A stretch of 64,000 nucleotides of DNA from the NCBI RefSeq assembly GCF_006345805.1, contig NC_043012.1, forward strand, positions 11,098,001 through 11,162,000. Direction: 5' to 3'. Position numbers and translations under genes: made by a program. The notes under the pieces are model-generated. The model saw nothing but the letters and a program-made list of their open reading frames with translations. It was not told where the DNA came from and made no database searches. Every line of letters begins with the position of its first letter. The stretch's first letter is position 1. Shown here piece by piece: positions 23,595 to 34,662 of the stretch. This DNA is from Octopus sinensis (lineage: Eukaryota).

Positions 23595-23645
23595 AGCTTC
23601 CTGAAGATTTCTCTTGAATGAAACAGTTCTAGTCCTGTAGAAGCT
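23595..23645 (+). ncRNA. Type I hammerhead ribozyme motif
   Basis: AGCTTC|CTGAAGA|T-TTC-TCTT-GAA-T|GAA|ACAG-TTCTAGTC-CTGT|A|GAAGCT. Stem I is 6 bp, both cores are conserved, stem II is 3 bp with a U-U closing mismatch, stem III is 4 bp, and the predicted GUA cleavage is after A23639. Confidence 0.78.
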
Positions 23646-23711
23646 CCTTCTATAATAAATTATATATATATAATATATATGTAAATATATATATATATGT
23701 ATATATTATAT

Positions 23712-24140
23712 ATACTACACTAATGAACTACACTAATATGTGAATCCACCTCTGATACGTGGCACTTGATCAACAAGGGAGTTCGATGCTGCTGCCCGCA
23801 TCTGTGTTTCCTGTCGTGAGGTAGGTTCATCTGGGACCCCCGACAAGAAGAGATCCAGTTTAGTTTTAAAGAAACCCACATCCACACCATGTAAGTCTCT
23901 CAAGCATTTAGGGAGGATGTTAAAGAGCTGTGGCCCTCTGAAACCCAAGCTGTTGCAGCATCTGGACCTGTATTTTGATGGTGATGTTGGAATCTTTGGC
24001 ACCATGCAGTGGCACCCCGTTCTGCGGTTGGGGTAACTTTGAATGCAAAGTTTGGGACAAGACCCTCCAGGATTTTCCAGATGTATATCACCGGATATCT
24101 CTCCCGCCTCCGCTCTAGGGAGAGAGGTTTAATACTTTCA
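23712..24140 (-). pseudogene. CR1/L2-group LINE ORF2 C-terminal fragment and 3' end
   Basis: Minus-strand [24 protein letters not shown], then (after a frameshift) [60 protein letters not shown]. These are typical post-RT motifs of CR1-like LINEs. Confidence 0.85.
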
Positions 24141-24173
24141 GTATATATAAATATACGTATATATATATATATG

Positions 24174-24205
<32 letters not shown>

Positions 24206-24291
24206 AGTGTATATATATATATATATGTATATATATGTATATATATGTATATAGTGTATATATATGTTATATATTGTATATATATGTATGT

Positions 24292-24324
<33 letters not shown>

Positions 24325-24329
<5 letters not shown>

Positions 24330-24521
24330 TATATAGAAGGAGCTTCTACAGGACTAGAACTGTTTCATTCAAGAGAAATCTTCAGGCTTCCTGAAGATTT
24401 CTCTTGAATGAAACAGTTCTAGTCCTGTAGAAGCTCCTTCTATATAATAAATTAATTTTACTCTACTATGTATTGAGTACCTTATTTACTGTGGTTAACC
24501 CCGAATCAACCCGGACCTACA
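24325..24521. mobile_element. Second inverted pair of the same Penelope-like tail
   Basis: 24325-24386 is inverted against 24390-24451. The plus arm continues to ...AATCAACCCGGACCTACA (24521), the reverse complement of 22963-23040. Confidence 0.7.
24385..24435 (+). ncRNA. Type I hammerhead ribozyme motif
   Basis: GGCTTC-CTGAAGA...GAAACAG...CTGTA-GAAGCT; same as 23595 with a terminal G.U pair in stem I. Confidence 0.72.
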
Positions 24522-24565
<44 letters not shown>

Positions 24566-24751
24566 ACATGTATATATTATATGTATGTATATATGTATAT
24601 ATATATATATATAATATATATATATATGTACGTATATACATGTATGTATGTTATATATATATGTATGTATGTATATATATATATGTATGTATGTATGTAT
24701 GTATATATATATATATATATATAATATATATATATATTAATATATATGTAA

Positions 24752-24930
24752 TAAATGAATAAATAAATAAATGGAGTTGAACGAAGATGTTATTAAACTT
24801 CTTTTACTCTCGACATATGTTTCGAAGACAACATGGTTTTATTTCAAAGGAATGTTGTCTTCGAAACATATGTCGAAAGTAAAAGAATTTTAATAACACC
24901 TTCGTTCAACTCCATTTATTTATTCATTTA
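24752..24930. repeat. Fold-back inverted repeat (~80-bp arms, 17-nt loop) of a second Penelope-like tail family
   Basis: Arms 24752-24834 and 24852-24930. Homologous to 59497-59620. Carries only the 3' half of a hammerhead (TCTTCGAAACATATGTCGAAAG). Confidence 0.8.
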
Positions 24931-25111
24931 TAACACACAAATTACTGCACATCAACCCGGAGTTTCTACCTTTGGATTGATCGCTTTAACAGTGTTTCTG
25001 ACGTGAATTTTGCTACCCTGGTAACGGTTTATTGAATTTTCCATGTTAACGGTAAACATAGGATAATTCATTCATCCATTTATATATATGTATGTATGTA
25101 TGTATGTATAT

Positions 25112-25323
25112 ATGTGTTTGTGTTTGTCCCTCCCCCACCATCGCTTGACAACCGACGTTGGTATGTTTACATTCCCGTAACTTAGCCGTTCGGCAAAACA
25201 GCCCGATAGAATAAGTACGGGGCTTACAAAAATAACCCTTAGGGTCGATTTCTTCGAATAAAAGGTGGTGTTCCTGCATGGCCGCAGTCAAATGATCGAA
25301 ACAAGTAAAAGAATAAAAGAATA
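25112..25323 (+). mobile_element. SINE family B, 3' half
   Basis: TGTTTGTCCCTCCCCCACCATCGCTTGACAACCG...GAAACAAGTAAAAGAATAAAAG. Confidence 0.82.
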
Positions 25324-25408
25324 CATATTCATACATATACAGAATTTAATTACACACATGCACACCACACACACACACACACACACACACACGCAAACAC
25401 ACCACACT

Positions 25409-25439
<31 letters not shown>

Positions 25440-25467
25440 ACACACACACACACAAAGGACAATCTGA

Positions 25468-25563
25468 TAAGAAGTTTGCTTCCTAACCACTTAGTTCTGG
25501 AGTGAGTCCCACAGCGCGGGACTAAGTGGATTTGGTAGACGGAAACCGAAAGAAGTCCGTCGT
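25468..25563 (+). mobile_element. SINE family B, deleted 5' half
   Basis: Head remnant fused to GTGGATTTGGTAGACGGAAAC. Confidence 0.6.
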
Positions 25564-25670
25564 GTGTGTGTGTGGTGGTGTGTGTGTGTTGGTGTGTGTT
25601 GTATGTATATATATATATATATAGATATATATATATACGTATATATATATACATCTATATATGTATATGC

Positions 25671-25710
<40 letters not shown>

Positions 25711-25828
25711 CACGGCGGACTTCTTATATATAATCTATATATATATACGAATATACACATATATATATATACACACATACATATATATATACATACACAC
25801 ACAGACACAGACACACACACCCACCACA

Positions 25829-25859
<31 letters not shown>

Positions 25860-26134
25860 ATATATAATATATATATATATAAATAATATAGGATAATTCA
25901 TTCACCGATCGAAATATATATATATATATACACACACTCTCACGTACATACATACATAACAGACACACACACATACTCACGTACTCATATGCATGGCTTC
26001 ACTTGGAGCATGATATGTATATATTGGAAGAAGATGCATTTTAACTAGGATCGATATCGGGTCGTGGATTTTTCTGTGACGACAACTTTTCCTTTTATCA
26101 TTGTATGATCAGTAGAAGTGATCATATCGATTTT

Positions 26135-26380
26135 GAGCGAGGAGAGGGCGAGAGGGGATGAGGGCGTGAGGGAGAGAGAGGGAATGGGAGAGATAGTGGA
26201 GGGACAAAGAAGGAAGAGATAGGATAATGAGGGGAGGGAATAGGGGAGGAAGATGGGACAAGGAAATAGAATAGAGAAAGGGTGGTGGGAAGAGAGGGAT
26301 GGAAATAGAAGAGAGAATATGGAAATAGAGGGAGAGAGATAAGGAAGAAAGAGAGAGAGAAAGAGAGAGAGAGAGTGGGT
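26135..26380. repeat. Purine-rich (GA-rich) low-complexity tract
   Basis: Almost only A and G on the plus strand. Confidence 0.9.
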
Positions 26381-27158
26381 GGAGAGTGTGTCCCGCATGA
26401 TTAAGGAGATCGGATGTTGCACCACTACCAGCCAAAATGACGGTAGTTCGGATTGCGTAATAGAGGTTATGACATATCAACCCATCAACGGCCCAGTCCA
26501 CTTAATTGTAAATAGATACCTCCTGGTGCTCCTTACAGCGATGAGCTGTAAGCAGTAGGAGCACTGTAAAATTGATGAATGTTACAATGTTCCGGTAAAC
26601 ATAGTTTGGAAATGGAAAGTTGGTTCCTCTACATTCCAAGGGATTATGGGATGCATTATAACCATTGATGTTTCTTTATGTTACAGGTCAAACACATCAC
26701 CCAGTCTAACACGTTTACCTAGTCTTTGAGTTTTTAGTGTATTAAAGCTAATACACTGCATGGCTCAACATCCTTATACGATCCTTGAGTGGTTGTACTG
26801 GAGTTTTGTAAACATTTGATTTAGATCTTCCTGTTCATTCACCCCGTTTCCTGCATAATATTCAGCTTGGGATTTAGACGTTGTATCAAACACATCTATA
26901 ATTAAAATACACACATGAAACAGCATTAAATTAAAAGAACAATGTGTGTAATAATGTTCATAATGTATATACACATATGGAACGGCCCAAGCAGTAATAT
27001 TTTGTTTCAGAGATATTGCTCGATGAAACTTATGCATTAAAAAATGAAAGAGCAGGGCTCTAGCCTGGTCAGCTTCCCCACAAATCAGTGAATGAATGTT
27101 TATTTAATGATTTCGATATCAGAACGAATATTTTCGGGTTGTTTCAGAGTGTCTGTAT

Positions 27159-27205
27159 TCGTTACAGAGGAGATCTAAAGACGTCGAAACTCCGGTGTCT
27201 GATGA
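27159..27205 (+). ncRNA. Degenerate hammerhead ribozyme motif
   Basis: TCGTTA-CAGAGGA-GATCTAAAGACGTC-GAAAC-TCCGGT-GTC-TGATGA. Stem I pairs with two G.U, stem III is near-palindromic, and the core has CAGA in place of CTGA. Confidence 0.35.
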
Positions 27206-28227
27206 CCCACCTAAGACATTGTGTGCAAACGCTGTAGTCTTTGACAAGATCCCTTTAAGAAGTTTTCTTGACACAAAATGTTACAGCTATTGCCTTTCCG
27301 CGTTTGTATATACATTGTATATGATATACACACCAGTACTTCAGTCACGTCAGTGTGGGAGTGTTTACAAAGGTCATTGACACTAGCATTGGCACAAATA
27401 AGGTGACTAAGATTGTGTGACATTCTTGCCTTTCTCAGACGTCTTAGTAACTGTTGTGAAGTGACACACATTAACTGCAACCTCAAATCGGTTTAATACT
27501 TATTTATTCTACGCCACTTGTCATTGATTTTCTATCGAACACAGAAACAATTATAGATCAAAGTTATTGAGCATTAAATTCAATATCAAAGACGATTTAT
27601 CTGCACTGTACGACTCACAACAATACAGTTTCATGTCAGCACTTGCGATGACGCCATTAACTCGTATTTCTTGTCTTGCGAGTTTTGCTCAGCTGTTTGC
27701 TTATGACGGTTAACTCCCTTCACCCGCATTCTCCTATTAAGGCAGCAAAGTTTTATTGTGGTAATAAAACAAATATTTTTCTCTATTTTTACCATCAATT
27801 GTTTTTACGAAACAATTGTCGTTGTTTAACTGACGTCAGCGCTGATTAAGCAGACATGATCAATGGTGTCCCAGCCGTGATCAACACGTATTGTTTTTTT
27901 GCAGACATAGTACATTTTACTCTACAGTTTCTAGGATGTTGTTGTTATTAATTATTTTATTTTAATGATGAAAAGACGTAATTTGAGAGAGATTCAGTTA
28001 CTGTTTCTATTAGGTTAAGTGACCAGATAGAGGCTCTATTATTGAGTGGGCGAATGAAAGAGAAAGACAGATTGATAGATAGATACATAGATGGATAGAG
28101 AGGGAGAAAGAGAGATGGAGGAGAAGAAAGGAGGGATAGAATTTGACTGCTATTTCTAGCAGAGGTCGGTCAACTATGCAGCATTTCTCTCGATCGTCCA
28201 ATGTCTCTCTAGCAACTTTTAAATATA

Positions 28228-28635
28228 GGCGCAGGAGTGGCTGTGTAGTAAGTAGCTTGCTTACCAACCACATGGTTCCGGGTTCGTTCCCACCTCGTGG
28301 CACCTTGGGCAAGTGCCTCGGCCCGACCAAAGCCTTGTAAGTGGATTTGGTAGACGGAAACTGAAAGAAGACCGTCGTATATATGTATGTTTATATATAT
28401 ATGTATGTGTGTGTATATGTTTGTGTGTCTGTGTTTGTCCCCCACCAACATCGCTTGACAACCGATGCTGGTGTGTTTACGTCCCCGTAACTTAGCGGTT
28501 CGGCAAAAGAGAATCGATAGAATAAGTACTAGGCTTACAAAGAATAAGTCCTGGGGTCGATTTGCTCGACTAAAGGCGGTGCTCCAGCATGGCCGCAGTC
28601 AAATGACCGAAACAAGTAAAAGAGTAAAAGAGTAA
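28228..28635 (+). mobile_element. SINE family B, full length
   Basis: GGCGCAGGAGTGGCTGTG head through GTAAAAGAGTAAAAGAG tail. Confidence 0.9.
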
Positions 28636-28852
28636 ACACTCGAACAGCAGTTGATAAAGCTGTGTTACTGCCCTGAACAAACGGATAAAAAGAATCAATA
28701 TTCGGCAGAAGCTGGACAAAACACTGGAGGTCGAGAATTATTGAGTCTTATTCCATTCTGAATCCAAATCTGGTCGGGATCTTATGTGTTCATATATTTA
28801 CACGCACGCAATGCACGCACGCACGCACGCACGCACGCTCACACACACATAG

Positions 28853-29146
28853 AGGTCTTTGTAGCAACGTTACAAAAACCAGTTGAAGGAAACTCTAAAG
28901 AATACTGGTATAGGCCAAAATTCCTGGAAAATGAGAGTCAACGGGCGCAGTGTTTGACGGAATTTCGACCGGGAAGCAGGAATATCCTGTTTTGAAGAAC
29001 ACAGAAAAACGGGTATGTGAATGAAACGACAATGTAGGAAAGAAAGAGCAGCCCAACCCCAACCAGAACTTACAATCCAATGCCCTTCTTACAATAAACT
29101 GTTTAGAGTATGCATTGAGCTCATTAGCCAACAGAAGACCCACCAT
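28853..29146 (+). pseudogene. RTE-clade LINE C-terminal fragment
   Basis: One frame with 3 stops: QRYKNQLKETLKNTGIGQNSWK...GISCFEEHRK...KRQCRKERAAQPQPELTIQCPSYNKLFRVCIELISQQKTH. This matches the RTE C-terminus with its terminal zinc-finger-like motif. Confidence 0.8.
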
Positions 29147-29241
29147 TCCCTACAAATGTTACCCACCCGGACTGAAGTGTACTAAATACTCAGAAACGAG
29201 TCCCTGTCGCTGCCACTGCCGCCGCCGACAGCTTTGTATGT

Positions 29242-29273
<32 letters not shown>

Positions 29274-29388
29274 ACACAGACACAGACACAGACACACACA
29301 CACACATACACAGACACACACGCACACACATCTATTTATCTATCTATCTATCTATATTATAATAGGGAAAGCTGCTTATTAATTAGGT

Positions 29389-29819
29389 ATACTCTTTTAC
29401 ACTCTTTTACTTGTTTCAGTCATTGACTGCGGCCATGCTGGAGCACCGCTTTTAGTTGAGCAAATCGACCCCCAGGACTTATTCTTTGTAAGCCCAGTAC
29501 TTATTCTATCGGATCTCCTTTTGCCGAACCGCTAAGTGACGGGGACGTAAACAACCACCGTCGGTTGTCATGCAATGCTAGGGGGACAAACACAGACACA
29601 CAAACACACACACACACACACACACACATACATACATATATATATATATATACATATATATACGACAGACTTCTTTCAGTTTCCGTCTACCAATCCACTC
29701 ACAAGGTATGGTCGGCCCGGGGCTATAGAGAAGACACTTGCCCAAGATGCCACGCAGTGGGACTGAACCGGAACCATGTGGCTGGTTAGCAAGCTACTTA
29801 CCACACAGCCACTCCTGCG
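29389..29819 (-). mobile_element. SINE family B, full length
   Basis: Reverse complement of the family B structure. Confidence 0.9.
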
Positions 29820-30618
29820 GTATGTAACAGTTACTAAAAGTACTAATAGAAAGCAATTATTAAATGTATGACAGTCTGAATTTTTTTTTTAAATTCATGT
29901 TCCAAGAAATTTCCTATAATTTCGATATCTGAACTTTATTGGATCTTTGAAGTCCAATTTCTCACAAATTCAAATATTCGTTGCGTTCACTGCCGATTAT
30001 TCCATTTTCATTTGCAAAGTCTCTCACTTGCTTTTTCAATGTTTTCATTTTAAGTTTTAATTCGCTATTTAGAAACAGTTTATTCTATTATGTATACGTA
30101 GTATAAAAACATATTTATTGAATTAAATTTTTTTTAATATACGCTATAATTTTTGTAAAAAATAACTGAAAAGTGATTCTGTTGTTATGGCTGTTTGGAA
30201 CGCTATAAGCCCTACAATAATAACTATTCAGACCGATTTTGGCTATTTTCCTTTTTAACTTAAAAACCATGGAAGGAGTCTTTTCGGTAAAGAAAAAAAA
30301 ATGTTAATATTTTCAGAGGAAAAGGTGAACAATTCAAGGGAGGTTTCGCTGTTGTTTCTAGCACATTCCAAACCACCCTCCGTTTTCAATTTTACATGTA
30401 TTGATATTTTTTCAATATTTTTCTCCCATTCAACACATTTTATGGAATGATGATGCCGAAGTAACAGTCCATTGGTGGAATATAATAATAAAATAAATTG
30501 TAATTTAAAGTTTTACCTCCACCTCAATCAAGCGAAGCCATGTGGGCGTAAGACAAACATTTTCTAAAAGAAAAATATGCTATTAAAATGAATCATCGTT
30601 TACATAACACTTGTGCGT

Positions 30619-30662
<44 letters not shown>

Positions 30663-30925
30663 TGTGTGTGTGTGTGTATGTGAGTGTGTCAAAATGTGTG
30701 TTATCATGTTTGTACTTTTTTGCACGTACGTGTGACACTTTCTCACTCTCTCTTTCTCTCTATCTCCCCCCCCACACACACACACACTGCAAAGCTTATA
30801 GGCGGGCTGCTGAATTGAAATCTCTATGTTGCTTTGAGGAGAAGGTAAAATTTGTCGGACTACAGTGATGTTTGTTTTAAAAAGAGATTATGATTGTGAA
30901 AAAAAATAATGAAAGCGATATTTAC

Positions 30926-31025
30926 NNNNNNNNNNNNNNNNNNNNNNNNNNNNNNNNNNNNNNNNNNNNNNNNNNNNNNNNNNNNNNNNNNNNNNNNNNN
31001 NNNNNNNNNNNNNNNNNNNNNNNNN
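30926..31025. other. Assembly gap (100 N)
   Basis: Run of exactly 100 N; the true distance across it is unknown. Confidence 1.
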
Positions 31026-31169
31026 AAAAATTGTAGTGCATAACCATCCTCTGGCATATAAGTGATGTGTGTGTAACGTTTGGTGAAAATCGGTTGAAAA
31101 ACTGTAGAAATGCATACGCATTACACACACAGACACCGTTTATTTTATATATATATATATATATATAGA
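31026..31169 (-). mobile_element. Helitron 5' end, cut by the gap
   Basis: Minus strand starts A|TCTATATATA... and contains TCAACCGATTTTCACCAAAC..ACACACAT, like the TCAACCGATTCTGATGAAACTTGACACAC motif in 16678-17054. Confidence 0.65.
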
Positions 31170-31181
31170 TATATATATATA

Positions 31182-31297
31182 TGGAGAGAATTCACAAAAA
31201 ACAAAACAAAAAAACAAAAGACGATGGCAGGTGGTGTAGACAACAAACAGATGTTTTACTCTAACGCTCGGGACGTGAAAAAGTCTTTAACGTTTCG
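31182..31297 (-). mobile_element. Penelope-like tail fragment (minimal-hammerhead family, 3' half only)
   Basis: Minus strand CGAAACGTTAAAGACTTTTTCACGTCCCGAGCGTTAG, homologous to 34205-34375. Confidence 0.5.
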
Positions 31298-31441
31298 TGT
31301 TTGTCCCCCACCATCGCTTGACAACAGATGTTGGTGTGTTTACGTAGCCGTACAAAGAATAAGTCCTGGGTTAATTTGTTCAGCTAAATGCGGCGCTTCA
31401 GCATGGCCACAGTCAAATAACTGATAGAAATAAAAGAATTC
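31297..31441 (+). mobile_element. SINE family B, deleted 3' half
   Basis: GTGTTTGTCCCCCACCATCGCTTGACAAC...GCATGGCCACAGTC. Confidence 0.7.
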
Positions 31442-31722
31442 ATAACAATTGAGTTTTGGGATCGATGAAATCGACTACCTCACGCCTCCAAAACTTGTGT
31501 CTCCAGAAGAAAAGTTATGTGCATACATATGTACATAGCGCCGTTAACATCAGAGTCTAAAACGCCTTTATGAACGTTTTCTTGTACAATTATGTCGACT
31601 CCTCCAACCTAAATTATAAACTGCTCCCACGTCGAATTCCACTAGCACGATCATGGCTGATACGGATAAGAATTACACCAGCAGCAACGCAATGAGTGCT
31701 ATGACACCTGTAATTTGTTTAA

Positions 31723-31944
31723 CCCTTTCGATACCAACCCGACTGAAACCGCCTCTGGCTCTGTAGTACAGATATCTTGTTTTCATAAGTCCTGAATTAA
31801 AATCTTCCACCAAACCTTCGTCACGATTTATGTTCCTAACACTAGCTTAATGATAACTAAGTTATTTTACCAAATTCTTTATTATATTTCAAATTAATTG
31901 AAAGAAACACTGAGCATCTTAACAGAAATTTGGTAACAAAAGGG
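31723..31944. mobile_element. piggyBac-family MITE
   Basis: TTAA|CCCTTTCGATACCAA ... TTGGTAACAAAAGGG|TTAA: 15-bp TIRs (2 mismatches), CCC termini and TTAA TSD. Confidence 0.88.
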
Positions 31945-32079
31945 TTAAGATGATGTGGGAACTCTTCTCACTTTAGCTGGACTTGATGTTTGAGCCATGA
32001 TCTACTTCAGAACTACGAGAAAATCCGCGATGATCCTTCCATTCGATATGTGAAGCGATTAAAAAAATAATGGGACGAT

Positions 32080-32820
32080 ACCCACTCCAACTTAAACTAT
32101 TTGGCTTGATTATAGGAGATGCTTTCGTCTCTGTTCCTTACTCATGGCTGCTAAAGTGTCAATATCAGGCAAAAATAGCTGCTACATAGCTGCTGCCATT
32201 GAGAAGCTCTCGAAGACCTTGTCAACAATCATCACACTTATAACTGAGAACGTCAGATGTTATAAATATTTCAAAAGGAATATTCCATGGAGACAGTCAT
32301 TCTGTATGTTTGCTTATTTTGGTTTTAAATCTTTTAAATCCATTATCGTTCCTACTATAAAAATCCAGTAGCTACACGCTAGGGTTTGCAACTGTTAAAG
32401 ATGTTAGTTTAACCCACAATTTCTTTGCAGATGACCTGAAAATCTATTGTAAAAATGTTTACAATGCCGAAACACAGCTGGACTGAAATAGCATTTTCAG
32501 CTGGTATAGAAATGGAATTTGGCTAACAGAAGTGTGCATATTTGATTATTAAACCGTTGGTACACGGAATTTTGGTCACCCAGACCAAAATTCTGTGTAC
32601 CAACGGTTTCATTATCTCTCTCTTTTTCAGCACAAAGAATGCTGCAAATACCTAGGCATTTATGAAAATCATGCGATATCATGCGAAAGTGCTGTGAATA
32701 AAGATAGAGAAACTCGAGAATATGACACCAGACTTAGTAAAATATGGCATTCGAAACTTTCCTCATACAACAGAAAAAGACATCGAGCAACTGGCATTTT
32801 ACAAATGCAATTTTTAAGCC
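32080..32820 (+). pseudogene. R4/Dong-like non-LTR retrotransposon reverse transcriptase remnant
   Basis: Across frameshifts: WLDY..DAFVSVPYSWLLK, KGIFHGDS, LTHNFFADDLKIY, EMEFG*QKCAYLII, KYLGIYE. The RT motifs and their order resemble the R4/Dong clade. Confidence 0.8.
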
Positions 32821-33144
32821 GAACAATAAAAATATGCAAGAATTTTCCGAAGTCCAAAATGTGAATTTCTTTCTGGTTATGTATATTCCAACAATAAAAC
32901 TTTGTATATCTGTTAGAAACTAGTTCTTTCCTCATAAGAATATTTCAAGTAATTTAATAAAGAAACAGATAAGTAAACGCATAAACGGGTACACGACTAC
33001 TAACGCAGGTCTTTATACACGTATGTCTATATGTATATGTATGTATGTATATATGTATGCATGTATGTATGTATGTATGTATGTATGTATGTATGTAGTA
33101 TGTATGTATGTATGTATGTATGTCAATTTTTTAAAATGATAATA

Positions 33145-33397
33145 TAATAATAAATGCGCCCTTTCAAAGCCTAGCCAGGCTCATGGGCCCGGTTTCCCGA
33201 TTTCAACGGCGTATGTGTTTCCCAACTGGATGGGACGCCAGTCCATCGCAGCGTCACTCCTTTGCAAGCTGAGTGGACTGGAGCAACGTGAAATGAAGTG
33301 TTTTGCTCAAGAACACAACGCGTCGCCCGGTCCAGGAATCGAAACCACAATCTTACGACCATGATGCTGACACCCTAACCACTAAGCCACGCGCCTC
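33145..33397 (-). mobile_element. tRNA-derived SINE family D
   Basis: Minus strand GAGGCGCGTGGCTTAGTGGTTAGGGTGTC...GTGTTCTTGAGCAAAACAC...CTGCGATGGACTGGCGTCCC...AAAGGGCGCATTTATT; closely similar to 60885-61150. Confidence 0.88.
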
Positions 33398-33537
33398 ATG
33401 CACGTATGTATGTATATATCTACGTACGTATGTGTGTTTATATATGTATTTACGTATGTATGTGTGTATGTACGTACATGTGTGAGTAAATGTGTTTTCA
33501 TGTATGTATGAACGAATGTATGTACATGTATGGGTAA

Positions 33538-33588
<51 letters not shown>

Positions 33589-34162
33589 CTATCCACTCAC
33601 GTTTACGTTCGTACAGAACAATGGGCATTTATGCAAGAGTCTATGAATCAATCAAAAACTCTAAACCTTGTAATCCAGAGGACAGTGCCAGTTGTCTGAT
33701 GAGAATAGCAACAAGGAATAAACAACATCAACAACAACAACAGAAACAACAACAACACTAGCATCATCATCATTATAATCACCATCACCATCAGACAATA
33801 ACAACAACAACAACGACGACAACGACAACCATCATAATTATGAAATCAGCTCGTGCTTGCTGGAGCGGACACGATCCAACATTTCAATGCCAGAAACTAC
33901 AAAAGAACTTAGTCTTTTGAAATGTGCCACCAGGCACTAACAGTTCCTATTGACCCCCAAGCTTGATCGATAACATCGATAACTAATCATTAGTGACTTA
34001 TTAATATATCCACCAACTTGTTACTTGACACGTTTTGTGTCTGAGGCCGCTTACGTCACGAAGCACCAGATGATGCAAATGAAAATTTGTATTTTTATTT
34101 TTGCGTATAAGGTTGTAAACTTGTAAAATATGCATACATACATACATGCATACATACATACA

Positions 34163-34198
<36 letters not shown>

Positions 34199-34204
34199 TA
34201 TATA

Positions 34205-34375
34205 TAGCTAAAATTTATTGAAAAGCAAAAAGGACGAAGACAGGTATGTATGAGCAACAAGCAAGTGTATTAGTTTGACATTTGGGAAAATGAAAAAAAG
34301 TCTTTTACGTTTCGAGCCTACGCTCTTCACAGAAAGGAATAAGTGAAAATAAACAGAGAGAGAATGAAAAAAAAC
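34205..34375 (-). mobile_element. Penelope-like tail with minimal hammerhead-like motif (34302-34336)
   Basis: Minus strand CTTT-CTGTGAA-GAGC-GTAG-GCTC-GAAAC-GT-A-AAAG. Stems I, II and III pair, but the first core deviates from CTGANGA. Confidence 0.55.
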
Positions 34376-34662
34376 TTGCAGATTTAGCGGTCCAGTATAT
34401 ACAATATATATAATATATATATATATATTAATATATATATATATATACAGTTGAAACACTCTGTCACCACCTGGGATCTTGAAGACTGCTTTTAATGCAA
34501 GAAAGTATACTAGTCCTTAATATTTGATATTCAATATTTCAATCTATTCAATAGACAATCAATACTTCATTCATTTTACACTATGTATACTATTTATACT
34601 ATATATTCTATAATCTATAAATATTTAAAAGAATATAAATTAAAAAATAAAAAACAGACAGA

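Larger units (their letters stand above)
22963..23661. mobile_element. Penelope-like element remnant as an inverted (palindromic) pair
   Basis: 23032-23330 and 23331-23661 are near-perfect reverse complements centred on (AAAAAT)n/(ATTTTT)n. Each arm carries a hammerhead motif. The left arm continues into the 3' tail to 22963. The Penelope-like assignment is inferred from the hammerhead plus inverted architecture; no ORF is present. Confidence 0.7.
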
